Shown: positions 39,936 through 51,300, counted from the first letter of the stretch. The stretch is DNA of 64,000 bases from Mobula hypostoma (GCF_963921235.1 NC_086108.1:89654001-89718000), one strand, 5' to 3'. The notes: generated from the letters alone by a model not told the origin. A program made the numbers and translations.

Positions 39936-40565
39936 TGCAGGGGATATGGCATGCAATGGTGGATGGATCTCCAACCACGTTGTAGTTGCCTCAGCCAATC
40001 TTGCCCCTATGATGTTGGCCCTTTGGTTTTTTACTGCATACAAGATGAATGTGGTTTATTGGTTGTTGTATTTCTCAGTTACAGATGTCACTCCCACAGG
40101 AGTTATTTTTCCTCAGTATAAGTTTTGAATATCCACAAACTTTATTTTGGTATCTTTGAAAAACCATTCAAACTCATTTTGTGGAATGACTGAAACAGCT
40201 GATCCAGAGTCCAATTTCATTTTGCTTAATTTGTCATTCACTTCTGGCATAAGCCATATTACTTGGCTAGTGTTAACTTTTACACTGTAAATCTCAAAGC
40301 AACACAATTCCATGTCACTCTGTTCGTGATCAGACTTTTCATTGACACGGGGGTGGGGGGGTGCTGCCTCTGTGTAGTACTCTTTCTGAAACTACAACTT
40401 GACTTTTTATCTTTTTCTCTTCCATGTGCAGACCATTTATTCTTTGTCATGCTCTTTGTATGTGTCCTACTTTGTTGCATTCTCTGCAAGTTTTGCCTGG
40501 TGTAATGTGATCCCTTGGCATAATTTGTAAAAAAAATTTTTTTTTGCATTGCAATTTTGTTCATG

Positions 40566-40776
40566 AAGGAAGCCCTTAACTCCGAGTGGAGTCATCGGGA
40601 TGCTGTCATGACGGCATTTTTTTTTTAGCAGGCTTTCTTATTTTTATGAGATTGAGTTGCTAGCTCAATGCTCAACCCAGCATGGATGGAAAGCGTGCAA
40701 GGGAGCTGGCTGGATTCGAACTCGGGAGCCTTCACTCCGAAGTCCGGCGCTGATGCCGCTACGCCACCAGCTAGCT
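40566..40776 (-). mobile_element. tRNA-headed SINE, tail type A
   Basis: Minus strand: A box TGGCGTAGCGG, B box GAGTTCGAATCC. 13-bp TSD AATTTTGTTCATG at 40553-40565 and 40777-40789. Confidence 0.9.
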
Positions 40777-42319
40777 AATTTTGTTCATGCTCACTTTCAT
40801 TCCTGACTGCAACTAAATTGCGCCAGTCTGCTGTTTTCATTAATACAGTGATTTCAACTGCTCTTTTAAATGTGAGTTGTGCTTCAGTTAGAAGGCAATC
40901 TTGAATGATTTCTTGCAAGATTCCACAAAGTAAATGATTTCTCAGTGCATCATTCAGGCCATTACTGAACTGGCAATGCTCAGACAATTTCTTCAGTTCA
41001 GCCATATACGCTGAAATGGACATCTCTTCCTTTTGATTCATTTTATGAAACCTAATACATTCTGCAATTATCAATGGTGTTTGGCTCTAATTGTTCCTGC
41101 ATTACTTTCACGATGTCAGCAAAGTTCATTTCAGCTAGTTTGGTTGGAGTAGCCAAACTTCTAAGCAAACTGTATGCTCTTCCACCTACTGTGCTCAGCA
41201 AAACTGGTACTTGTTTCTCATTGGCTATTTTATTTGCTCTAAAATGCTGCTCAATTCACTCAGTATATGTCAACCGGTTATCTCTCGTGCAATCAAATAC
41301 ATTATTTTTCCGATGTAGCCAGCCATTTTTACTCTTTTTATTTATGATTATTATCACCCAATACTCACTGTTTATGAACCCATGAATTTGTCTGTTTTCT
41401 GTCTTTTTTTCCCTGGACTGTCTGTCTTCCTTCCTGAAGAAACACCTGTTGCTCTTTTTTTTAACTTGACCATTTCTTTCCTATTGTGAAGAAGGCATGC
41501 TGCACGTTTTTTTTAAAACTTTAGTGTCTCACTGCACTTCAACAAGTAGGTGGTCATCTTTGATTCATTCATTTACTAGACAGATTAAAAGGTTCAGCAT
41601 AGGCTAGATGGGCCGAAATGCCAGTTTCTGTGCTTTAGTGTTCTGACTCTATGATTCATGTATCACTACCAAATTTATGCAGCAGCCATATCTAAAGATT
41701 CTCCACATCTCCTCCCAATTGATGGAACAGAGGTGTATACAGCTATTCTCCCTGCATTTTCTTGGAGCTGATGCACAATGAAGTGTCGGAGCATTGCAGT
41801 CATTGCCCTTCCTCACCTGCCCCTGAATACTGACTCAATCACACAATTGTGGGCCTGGAGTCCAAGGAAATATAGTAGTTTTCCACCTCTGGAAGGCATT
41901 TGTGACAAACTGGCATTTCTATTGTAACTCCAAAATTAATCGAAAGAAAACATAGGGCTGGAAAGAGAACTTCTTCTTTTAGCGAAGTGCATGGATATCA
42001 CATGATGGTGTAATGACACACACATATGATGTGGTGTAATGACATATGCCATTCACATACTTTTACATATAACCTGTAATGAAATACAGTTTGTAAACAA
42101 CAAAGAACGCTTAATCAAACAATATATTTACAATATTATTCAAATATTACTGAAATATTAAATACGTGGCAGTAGTGACCATAGAAATGCCAGTTCTAGT
42201 CTCACTCAACCTCAAAAGAAAATGTTTGTTTGCATTTACCCTATCGAGACCCACATAATTTGGTATTCCTCTATCAAATCTCCCCTCATTCCCTTACACT
42301 CTAGGGGATAAAGCCTTAA

Positions 42320-44400
42320 CTTATTCCTAAAAATCTTAAGGACCTAGCATGATGACATGCAAGTCACGATCTTGGACTACATGTTCTCAGCAGTCCCAGT
42401 CTCAATGTATATTGGTCTTAAGCAAAGCTAGGTCATCAACCCAACTCAGTATATCTCACTGTAATGCTGTTTCTCATCCACAACAAGCTTCTTAATGGAG
42501 TGGAGCTGATCTACAGGACAAACGGTAAAATGTTTAACCTGCATTACATCTACTTCAGAACAAAGGGCATGCCTGCTTTTGTTGTTGATATGCAATATAT
42601 CAATCCACAGGTTCAGAGGCAAAGCTACGGGTTATTGATGACCTGTTCACTGATACTCACAAGAAAATTGACCTTGCACTTAATATCTACAAAACTAAAG
42701 TTCCTCCACATCTTACCGGCACCCACCAATCTCCTGTTCTCCTACAGTACATTGCCCACTGATGATAGTCCAGGACAAGATCCTAGAATGTGTGGACTGC
42801 TTCTCATATTGGAGTTGAATTTGGTCTATTATTGTCAGGTATGGAGATGCAATGAAAAGATTTTCTTGCATATTTTTCATACCGATCAAATCATTACGCA
42901 GTATCATGAGGAAGTACAAGATAAAACAATAACAGAAAGCAGAATAAATTGTAACAGCTACAGAGAAAGTGTTATGTGGGAAAACAGTAAGGTGTGAGAT
43001 CACAGTGAGGTAGATTGTTAAGTCAGGAGTCCATCATATCAACCTTGGGGAATATTTTGCTGGATCCCTCGTTCATGTCATGAAACTATCACTCACTGAA
43101 GGGAAATGTTAATGAAATTTGCCATCACCTCAGTGTGATACAACTTTTGACCATCTGAGAAATAGAGTGTTTGGAGAACAAGACTTTAAATCTCATGCTC
43201 ATGGTATTGACATTTGTATTGTTTTGTTATTGTCATATGTACCAAGATACAATGAGAAGTTTGGCATACAGTTCATTCATATCAAATCATTACCCAGTGC
43301 ATTGAAGTAGAAAGAATGGAAAGGTACGTCGCACTTGAAGTCTCTCTGGTTAGCGGACGATTTCCCCCCACGCCTCTCTGACGTAGTGGGGAACCGCGTA
43401 CGAGGCAAGTTACAACAGTGGCTTCCCATTGCCTTCTGCTGGGTGAGTTTCCAAAGCAATCACCAGCTCGTAACCCAGCATAGATGGAAAACGTGCAGGG
43501 GAGCCAGCTGGATTTGAACTCGGGACCTTCCGTCCCGAAGTCCAGTGCTGATGACACCACGCCACCAGCCGGGTCACATTGAAGTAGAACAAGGTAAAAT
43601 AATAACAATGCAGAATAAAGTATAACAGCTACAGAGACCGTGCGGTCCAGGTAAACATAAAGTACAAGATCATAATGAGGGAGATTGTGAGGTCAAGAGT
43701 CTATCTTACAAGAGATCTATTCAAGAGTCTGATACCAGTGGGATGGAAGCTATCCTTGTGCCTGGATCATGGCAATTTCCCCAACTTCCCACACCTTTCT
43801 GAAGCTAATACCTCAAAGCAGTGGGGAGATGCCAGCTATACCACCTTTGCGAAATACTCCATATCCATCAGTAGAATAGGTGAATTAAATGCAGCACTAA
43901 AGCAATAATTGAACTTGGTGATCTCCAATGAACAGACCTAGAATTTTGAAAGCCAGTAGCAGAGTCCTGAAACTGACACTATATTCTGAGTTCTTTCATG
44001 GCAAGAATATATGATTCAAGGATGTTCTCAAAGTCTCTTTGAAATAGTTTAATAGCCTCACCAATACATCAGTCCATGATCATTCAAAATGACGAAGGAT
44101 CATTTAGGATAGCGTTGACAACCTAGAACCCATTCATTGTGGCTACACAGAAGCCTGGTGTAAGTAGTGGAAAAAATCCAATACATCGTACTGCCCCATC
44201 AATGGCACACTCTATGTGTCCAAAATTAACTACCTCAGAACCCAGAGAACTGTAAGCAAGGCCTCCATGATCTAGGAGACTGCCTTAAATAGAAGAGAAT
44301 ATAATAGAAACACAACAAGATACTGAAAACCCAATCTTCCAAAGTAATGGGCCTTGCTGAGAAATGCCGGATGTTACGTATGGGGCTACTGGGAAATCTC
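42320..44400 (+). mobile_element. Highly decayed RTE-like LINE fragments interleaved with Rex1 3' UTR pieces and a SINE
   Basis: Patches resembling RTE RT (catgatgacatgcaagtcacg; GVELIYRTNGKMFNL) and its C-terminus. Confidence 0.45.
43313..43576 (-). mobile_element. tRNA-headed SINE, tail type B (RTE 5'-UTR-like motif)
   Basis: Same head as 40566-40776. Contains gcagaaggcaatgggaagccactg (minus). 13-bp TSD CATTGAAGTAGAA at 43300-43312 and 43577-43589. Confidence 0.88.
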
Positions 44401-44915
44401 ACTGCAACTCCCACCAAGTTTACCACTTCCATGTAAATGCCCTGCTGAATAGGTATTTTATACACTACATCCCAACCCCCAACCCTATGTTCCACCCGGA
44501 AACTAACTACATTGAAGCCAATTCTGAGGACTGCTCTACACTCCTTTTCTAAGCTTCCCTGGTCCATTGATAAGCTCTCAACTCCTTCTAAGTGACCTGG
44601 TGTTAGTTTACATTTTCTGTCTGCTTCTCTCCAATTTGTTTAATGCATTCATGTCACTGAACTCCAATTTTCTGTCGAGTTTCACAGCTGAACCTAGATC
44701 CAATAAGTGGAAAGTCACTAATTTATGCAAAAAAAATCTCCAAAGGATTGAAATTTACCTCAGAAATTTCCCATACTAGGCTCATAAAGAGAAGTTAATG
44801 GTGAGAAGTTTTAACTCTAATCTGCATATACATGTATGTTGATAATTTTAGCCAATGAATTCAAGTGCTACAACATGTACTAATATCTTTTTTCTCTTAT
44901 TTTACATGTGAAAAG

Positions 44916-45050
44916 GTTGCATGTGTGGTACATAATTTTAAGGGAAGACACACTGTAAATGAAAATCTACCAACCGGCAGCATGACAGATATGTCTCTGA
45001 TCACCCAATCACGTATGGAAAGTCCATTAGGAAAATTAAGTGCAATACAG
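44916..45050 (+). CDS. PLPPR5: Internal coding exon (135 bp, phase 0/0) of the PLPPR5-like gene
   Basis: Pyrimidine tract and aaaag| acceptor, cag|gtaagt donor. Encodes VACVVHNFKGRHTVNENLPTGSMTDMSLITQSRMESPLGKLSAIQ (CVVxNFKG and RxESPL motifs of the PLPPR1/5 C-tail). Confidence 0.88.
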
Positions 45051-45265
45051 GTAAGTTAAATAAAGTAAAACATGTATTTGCATCTGTTACCTTCTCTGCA
45101 ATAAATATGTTTACTGTCCAAATAAAAGTAATTTTAAATCTTCTGCTCCTCCCAACTATATAAAAACCTTAATAATTTGAAGGGCAGAGTTATGTAAGAA
45201 ATTGGAACATAACTATGTAATGTGTGATCTGAAGCCCCCTTTGCTGATCAGTAAATCAGTAGAGA

Positions 45266-45563
45266 GGGCCGCATGTTAGCGTAGTGGTTAACACAATGCT
45301 TTACAGTACCAACGACCGGGTTCAATCCCCACTGCTGTCTGTAAGGAGTTTGTACGTTCTTCCTGTGACCTCGTGGGTTTCCTCCAGGTGCTCCAGGTTC
45401 CTCCCACAGTCCAAACACTTATTGGTTGGCAGGTTACTTGGTCATTGTAAATTGTCCCATGATTAGGCTAGGGTTATACTGGGGGTTGCTGGGTGACATG
45501 ACTCAAAGGGCCAGAAGGGCTTACTCTGCACTGTATCTCAATAAATAAAATAAATAATAATAA
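45266..45563 (+). mobile_element. V-SINE (tRNA head plus V domain)
   Basis: A box TAGCGTAGTGG, B box GGTTCAATCC, V-domain gggtttcctccaggtgctccaggttcctcccacagtccaaa. (AAAT)n tail. Confidence 0.85.
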
Positions 45564-45699
45564 ATTTCATTATTATTGTCCCACATACCAAGGTACTGTG
45601 AAGAAGTTGTCTTGCATGCTGTTTATACAAATCAATTCTTTACCACAGTATATTGAGGTTGCACAAAATAAAACAGTGCGGAACAAAGTGTTACTTTAT

Positions 45700-48600
45700 T
45701 TACACTTGAATCCTAGGGGGACCAATATCCCGGCAGGGAGATTAGCGAGGGCTACTGAGGTGACTTTAAACTAGAATGGTTGGGGGGTGGGAATCAAATT
45801 AAAGAGGCTAGGCGTGAGGAGGTTAGTTCACAACAGAGGGATGGGAACCAGTGCAGAGAGACAGAGGGGTGTAAAGTGAGCGTAGAAGCAAAAAGTACAA
45901 AGGAGAAAAGTAAAAGTGGCAGGCCGACAAATCCAGGGCAAGCATTAAAAAGGGCCACTTTTCAACATAATTGTACAAGGGCTAAGAGAGTTGTAAAAGA
46001 GCGCCTGAAGGCTTTATGTGTCAATGCAAGGAGCATTCGTAATAAGGTGGATGAATTGAAAGTGCAGATTGTTATTAATGATTATGATATAGTTGGGATC
46101 ACAGAGACATGGCTCCAGGGTGACCAGGGATGGGAGCTCAACGTTCAGGGATATTCAATATTCAGGAGGGATAGACATGAAGGAAGGGGAGGTGGGGTGG
46201 CGTTGCTGGTTAAAAAAGAGATTAACGCAATAGAAAGGAAGGACATAAGCCGGGAAGATGTGGAATCGATATGGGTAGAGCTGCGTAACACTAAGGGGCA
46301 GAAGACGCTGGTGGGAGTTGTGTACAGGCCACCTAACAGTAGTAGTGAGGTCGGAGATGGTATTAAACAGGAAATTAGAAATGTGTGCAATAAAGGAACA
46401 GCAGTTATAATGGGTGACTTCAATCTACATGTAGACTGGGTGAACCAAATTGGTAAAGGTGCTGAGGAAGAGGATTTCTTGGAATGTATGCGGGATGGTT
46501 TTTTGAACCAACATGTCGAGGAACCGACTAGAGAGCAGGCTATTCTGGACTGGGTTTTGAGCAATGAGGAAGGGTTAATTAGCGATCTTGTCGTGACAGG
46601 CCCCTTGGGTAAGAGTGACCATAATATGGTGGAATTCTTCATTAACATGGAGAGTGACGTAGTTAATTCAGAAACAAAGGTTCTGAACTTAAAGAGGGGT
46701 AACTTTGAAGGTATGAGACATGAATTAGTTAAGATAGACTGGCAAATGACACTTAAAGGATTGACGGTGGATATGCAATGGCAAGCATTTAAAGGTTGCA
46801 TGGATGAACTACAACAATTGTTCATCCCAGTTTGGCAAAAGAATAAATCAAGGAAGGTAGTGCACCCGTGGCTGACAAGAGAAATTAGGGATAGTATCAA
46901 TTCCAAAGAAGTAGCATACAAATTAGCAAGAGAAAGTGGCTCACCTGAGGACTGGGAGAAATTCAGAGTTCAGCAGAGGAGGACAAAGGGCTTAATTAGG
47001 AAGGGGAAAAAAGATTATGAGAGAAAACTGGCAGAGAACATAAAAACGGACTGTAAAAGCTTTTATAGATATGTAAAAAGGAAAAGACTGGTAAAGACAA
47101 ATGTAGGTCCCCTGCAGACAGAAGCAGGTGAATTGATTATGGGGAGCAAGGACATGGCAGACCAATTGAATAATTACTTTGGTTCTGTCTTCACTATGGA
47201 GGACATAAATAATCTTCCAGAAATAGTAAGGGACAGAGGGTCCAGTGAGATGGAGGAACTGAGTGAAATACATGTTAGTAGGGAAGTGGTGTTAGGTAAA
47301 TTGAAGGGATTGAAGGCAGGTAAATCCCCAGGGCCAGATGGTCTGCATCCTAGAGTGCTTAAGGAAGTAGCCCAAGAAATAGTGGATGCATTAGTGATAA
47401 TTTTTCAAAACTCGTTAGATTCTGGACTAGTTCATGAGGATTGAAGGGTGGCTAATGTAACCCCAATTTTTATAAAAGGAGGGAGAGAGAAACCGGGGAA
47501 TTATAGACCGGTTAGCCTAACGTCGGTGGTGGGGAAACTGCTGGAGTCAGTTATCAAGGATGTGATAACAGCACATTTGGAAAGCGGTGAAATGATCGGA
47601 CAAAATCAGCATGGATTTGTGAAAGGAAAATCATGTCTGACGAATCTCATAGAATTTTTTGAGGATGTAACTAGTAGAGTGGATAGGGGAGAACCAGTGG
47701 ATGTGGTATATTTGGATTTTCAAAAGGCTTTTGACAAGGTCCCACACAGGAGATTAGTGTGCAAACTTAAAGCACACGGTATTGGGGGTAAGGTATTGGT
47801 GTGGGTGGAGAATTGGTTAGCAGACAGGAAGCAAAGAGTGGGAATAAACGGGACCTTTTCAGAATGGCAGGCAGTGACTAGTGGGGTACCGCAAGGCTCA
47901 GTGCTGGGACCCCAGTTGTTTACAATATATATTAATGACTTGGATGAGGGAATTAAATGCAGCATCTCCAAGTTTGCGGATGACACGAAGCTGGGTGGCA
48001 GTGTTAGCAGTGAGGAGGATGCTAAGAGGATGCAGGGTGACTTGGATAGGTTGGGTGAGTGGGCAAACTCATGGCAGATGCAATTTAATGTGGATAAATG
48101 TGAAGTTATCCACTTTGGTGGCAAAAATAGGAAAACAGATTATTATCTGAATGGTGGCCGATTAGGAAAAGGGGAGGTGCAACGAGACCTGGGTGTCATT
48201 ATACACCAGTCATTGAAAGTGGGCATGCAGGTACAGCAGGCGGTGAAAAAGGCGAATGGTATGCTGGCATTTATAGCGAGAGGATTCGAGTACAGGAGCA
48301 GGGAGGTACTACTGCAGTTGTACAAGGCCTTGGTGAGACCACACCTGGAGTATTGTGTGCAGTTTTGGTCCCCTAATCTGAGGAAAGACATCTTTGCCAT
48401 AGAGGGAGTACAAAGAAGGTTCACCAGATTGATTCCTGGGATGGCAGGACTTTCATATGAAGAAAGACTGGATGAACTGGGCTTGTACTCGTTGGAATTT
48501 AGAAGATTGAGGGGGGATCTGATTGAAACATATAAGATCCTAAAGGGATTGGACAGGCTAGATGCAGGAAGATTGTTCCCGATGTTGGGGAAGTCCAGAA

Positions 48601-48911
48601 CGAGGGGTCACAGTTTGAGGATAAAGGGGAAGCCTTTTAGGACCGAGATTAGGAAAAACTTCTTCACACAGAGAGTGGTGAATCTGTGGAATTCTCTGCC
48701 ACAGCAAACTGTTGAGGCCAGTTCATTGGCTATGTTTAAGAGGGAGTTAGATATGGCCCTTGTGGCTACGGGGGTCAGGGGGTATGGAGGGAAGGCTGGG
48801 GCGGGGTTCTGAGTTGGATGATCAGCCATGATCATAATAAATGGCGGTGCAGGCTCAAAGGGCCGAATGGCCTACTCCTGCACCTATTTTCTATGTTTCT
48901 ATGTTTCTATG
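45700..48911 (+). mobile_element. Young CR1 LINE: end of ORF1 plus almost intact ORF2
   Basis: ORF1 end LHLNPRGTNI...TLN*. ORF2 frame 45780-48812 carries APE (NARSIRNK, ITETWL, GDFN, SDHN) and RT (FADD), broken only by TGA at 47442-47444. (TTTCTATG)n tail. Confidence 0.97.
45780..48812 (+). pseudogene. CR1 ORF2 (APE endonuclease and reverse transcriptase) with a single nonsense codon
   Basis: ORFs 45780-47444 and 47448-48812 are in the same frame. The sister copy near 61175 has TGG (PEDWRV) at the stop position. Confidence 0.92.
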
Positions 48912-49256
48912 TTTATTTTATTTAGAGATTCAGCCCGGAACAAGCCCTTCTGTCCCACTGAGCCACACCGCCCCGCAACCCACCAATTTAACCCAGGCCT
49001 AATTCTTAGGACGACTCACAATGACCAATTAACCTACTAACTGGTAAACCTTTGGACCTTGGGCAGAAACACGGGATGAATATATAAACTTTATTGTAGG
49101 ATGCCTGAATTGAACTCCAAACTTCAGCACCCCAAGTTGTAATAGAAACATAGAAACATAGAAAATAGGTGCAGGAGTAGGCCATTTGGCCCTTCGAGCC
49201 TGCACCGCCATTTATTATGACCAGTAAATACTAACCAGTATGCTATTGTGACACCC
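48912..49256 (-). mobile_element. V-SINE-like element, internally deleted and interrupted by a CR1 tail
   Basis: (TTTA)n tail at 48912, acaatgaccaattaacctactaac complementary to the V-SINE body, and a tRNA-like head near 49250. Confidence 0.6.
49142..49220 (-). mobile_element. 79-bp extreme 3' end of the young CR1 family
   Basis: Reverse complement of 48832-48910 with about 2 mismatches. Confidence 0.9.
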
Positions 49257-49269
49257 TGATACAGAGAAG

Positions 49270-49468
49270 TATTGTTGTCATTGTTAGGTCGAGTCCGACC
49301 CTTCATGACCTCATGGGGTCCATAGGGTTCTCATGGCAAGATACGGAAGTAGATTGCCAGGCCGTTCTTCTGTGCAGATACTGCTGCTGCCCAGGTTGGG
49401 ATGGGTTTGAACTCAGGACCATCTGCCTTGAAGTCCAGTGCTGATGCCACTACACCACCAGCTGGCCC
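49270..49468 (-). mobile_element. tRNA-headed SINE, tail type C (Bov-A/Sauria-like RTE bipartite tail)
   Basis: Same head. Minus-strand tail ggcaatctacttccgtatcttgccatgagaaccctatgga...gggtcggactcgac and an (ACA)n-like end. TSD ACAGAGAAG at 49261-49269 and 49469-49477. Confidence 0.82.
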
Positions 49469-50269
49469 ACAGAGAAGCAGGCAATACAGATAAGTGCAGT
49501 GCAAGTAGACAGTAAGGTGCAAAATCACAACAAAGTATATTCATGAGGTCAAAAGTCTATCTTATCATACTGGGGAAACATTCAATAGTTTTATAGCAGC
49601 AGGATAGTAGCTGCCCTTCAGCCAGGTAGAATGTATCTTCTGCCCTTTGGAAGTGAGGAGTAGAGAGGATGTCCTTGGAGGGTGGGAACTTTGATAATGC
49701 TCGTTGTTTAACTGTGGCAGCGAGAAGTGTAGACAGGATCCATGGAGAGTAGGCTGGTTTCTATGATGTGCTGGGCTGTGCCCTCAGTTCTCTTTTAATA
49801 TACTTAGTGACTTGGTATCCCTAGTTCCCTAGGTTAGAAATCTCCAAATATTCACCATTGTCTTCGAAGAAGAAATTCCTCCTCATCACATTCCCAAATG
49901 GCAATGTTTCAAATGGGAATTCTTTGTCCAATTATCCATCCCTCACTAGCATGAACAATCATGTATTAGATGAGACTACTCTGTTGTTACTGAAGAAGCT
50001 GGAAATGCTTCATGTTTCAAGGGCTTTAGTAATATAAGCATAAGTTCCTACCAAAATCTCATGCAGTGTTTGGGACAGAATGGCAATATTACTTTGGAAA
50101 AGGACACTGACAAAGGTTTGTTAAAAATTGCTAAGATGAATAAATACCCTGGATCCAGTAAAGGAACCCCAATTTATCCTCAATAACTGCAATGCAAAGT
50201 GGATCAATACATTTTTGTTAATAGTCATGAAAGTAGATGTGAATTAATTTTTTAAAAGAACTAAATGGC

Positions 50270-50528
50270 CATTACAAAAGTATAAGGAGTATAGATAGGG
50301 TAAATACAAGCAGCTTTTTTTTCATCTGAGGTCGGTGAGACTAGAACAAGAGGTCATAGGTTAAGAGTGAAAGGTTCGCTTTCAACATTTAAGAGAAGTT
50401 GGATAAGTACATGGATGGGAAAGGTATGGAGGGTAATGGTCCAGGCGCAGGTCGATGGGACTAGGCAGAATATTACTTCAAGATGGACTAGATGGCCAAA
50501 GGGCATGTTTCTGTGCTGTGGTGCTCCA
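50270..50528 (+). mobile_element. CR1 3' fragment
   Basis: actagaacaagaggtcataggttaagagtgaaagg...gggcatgtttctgtgctgtggtgctccatg. Confidence 0.7.
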
Positions 50529-51104
50529 TGAGGATCAGAAGAAGAGTTCTGAGGATACAATATGGAGATGGGGGTTCAGATCACCAAAGTCTGGGCTAAG
50601 CTGTCCTTGGGGAGGGGGTGAAAGAGAGACAGAGGAGGGCAATAGTTTGGTTTGTAGCTAAGGATGGAAAGATAAAGAAGCAATCAAGCTTGAGAAATAT
50701 AGTCTGCAGGTTTCCCAGCAAGAACCCAGATTGTATTGAGCTCTTGTGGCAAAGTGAACTCTAACCTGTCCTTAGGAATTATTTAGATATTAAAGACTCA
50801 CAGTGTTTGCATGTGCAGTAACATTCCAATTAAATAACATCAGTGAGGATGAAATGCTATCTTATGTGAATGTGCATGATCCAATACCACTCTGCAGTTG
50901 TATGCAACACACATAGAGAACTCTGGATTAAAGATCTGAAAGTGAGTGTGAACTTAGGTCAGCTCTATGATAAACTTCACATGTGTGGCACACAAAAGCA
51001 GTGTATTACGTGAAATAAGTTATGAGGAGTTATGTTTTATGTGCAGCTCATCCTGTTAACAAGGATAATGAGACAGACAAGCGTATCAGTAGATGAATGA
51101 CCAA

Positions 51105-51300
51105 CACACACACAATGCTGGAAGAATTCACAGGTCAGGCAACATCTATGAAGAGAACTAAACAATGATGTTTCAGGCTCAGACCCATGACTGCCTGAAG
51201 GATTGATTGTTTATTCCTCTCCTTTGACACTGCCTGACCTGCTGAGTTCCTTCAACATTTTGTATTTGTTGCTTTGGATTTCCAGCATCTGCAGAATATC
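51105..51300. repeat. Imperfect palindrome of two inverted Penelope pLTR ends
   Basis: aatgctggaagaattcacaggtcaggcaac...aaacaat against attgtttattcc...ctgcctgacctgctgagttccttcaacatt. A partial hammerhead motif lies at the centre. Confidence 0.65.

Larger units (their letters stand above)
38870..42170 (-). mobile_element. Second Mag-like Gypsy copy (5' LTR, gag, protease, RT), fragmented by later insertions
   Basis: LTR-like 41920-42170 matches 11816-12063. Gag IAECIRFHK...ELKKLSEHC, protease DSGSAVSVI, RT fragments (FKDGTGKLKHIK; degenerate YLDN-type site near 39060). Confidence 0.8.
10524..44915 (+). other. 34,392-bp GT-AG intron of the PLPPR gene
   Basis: Joins VFL|VACVVHNFKG in frame, the contiguous PLPPR sequence. 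Contents are almost all repeats. Confidence 0.85.

Noticed and set aside
40700..40776. tRNA-like sequences (also about 32197-32265, 43500-43575, 45266-45330 and 49400-49468) as tRNA genes
   Set aside because: Each is the head of a SINE with an attached body or tail, mostly with TSDs. Acceptor stems are imperfect.
42464..42997. 177-aa ORF
   Set aside because: Chance fusion of decayed RTE-like sequence with an antisense Rex1 3' UTR piece.
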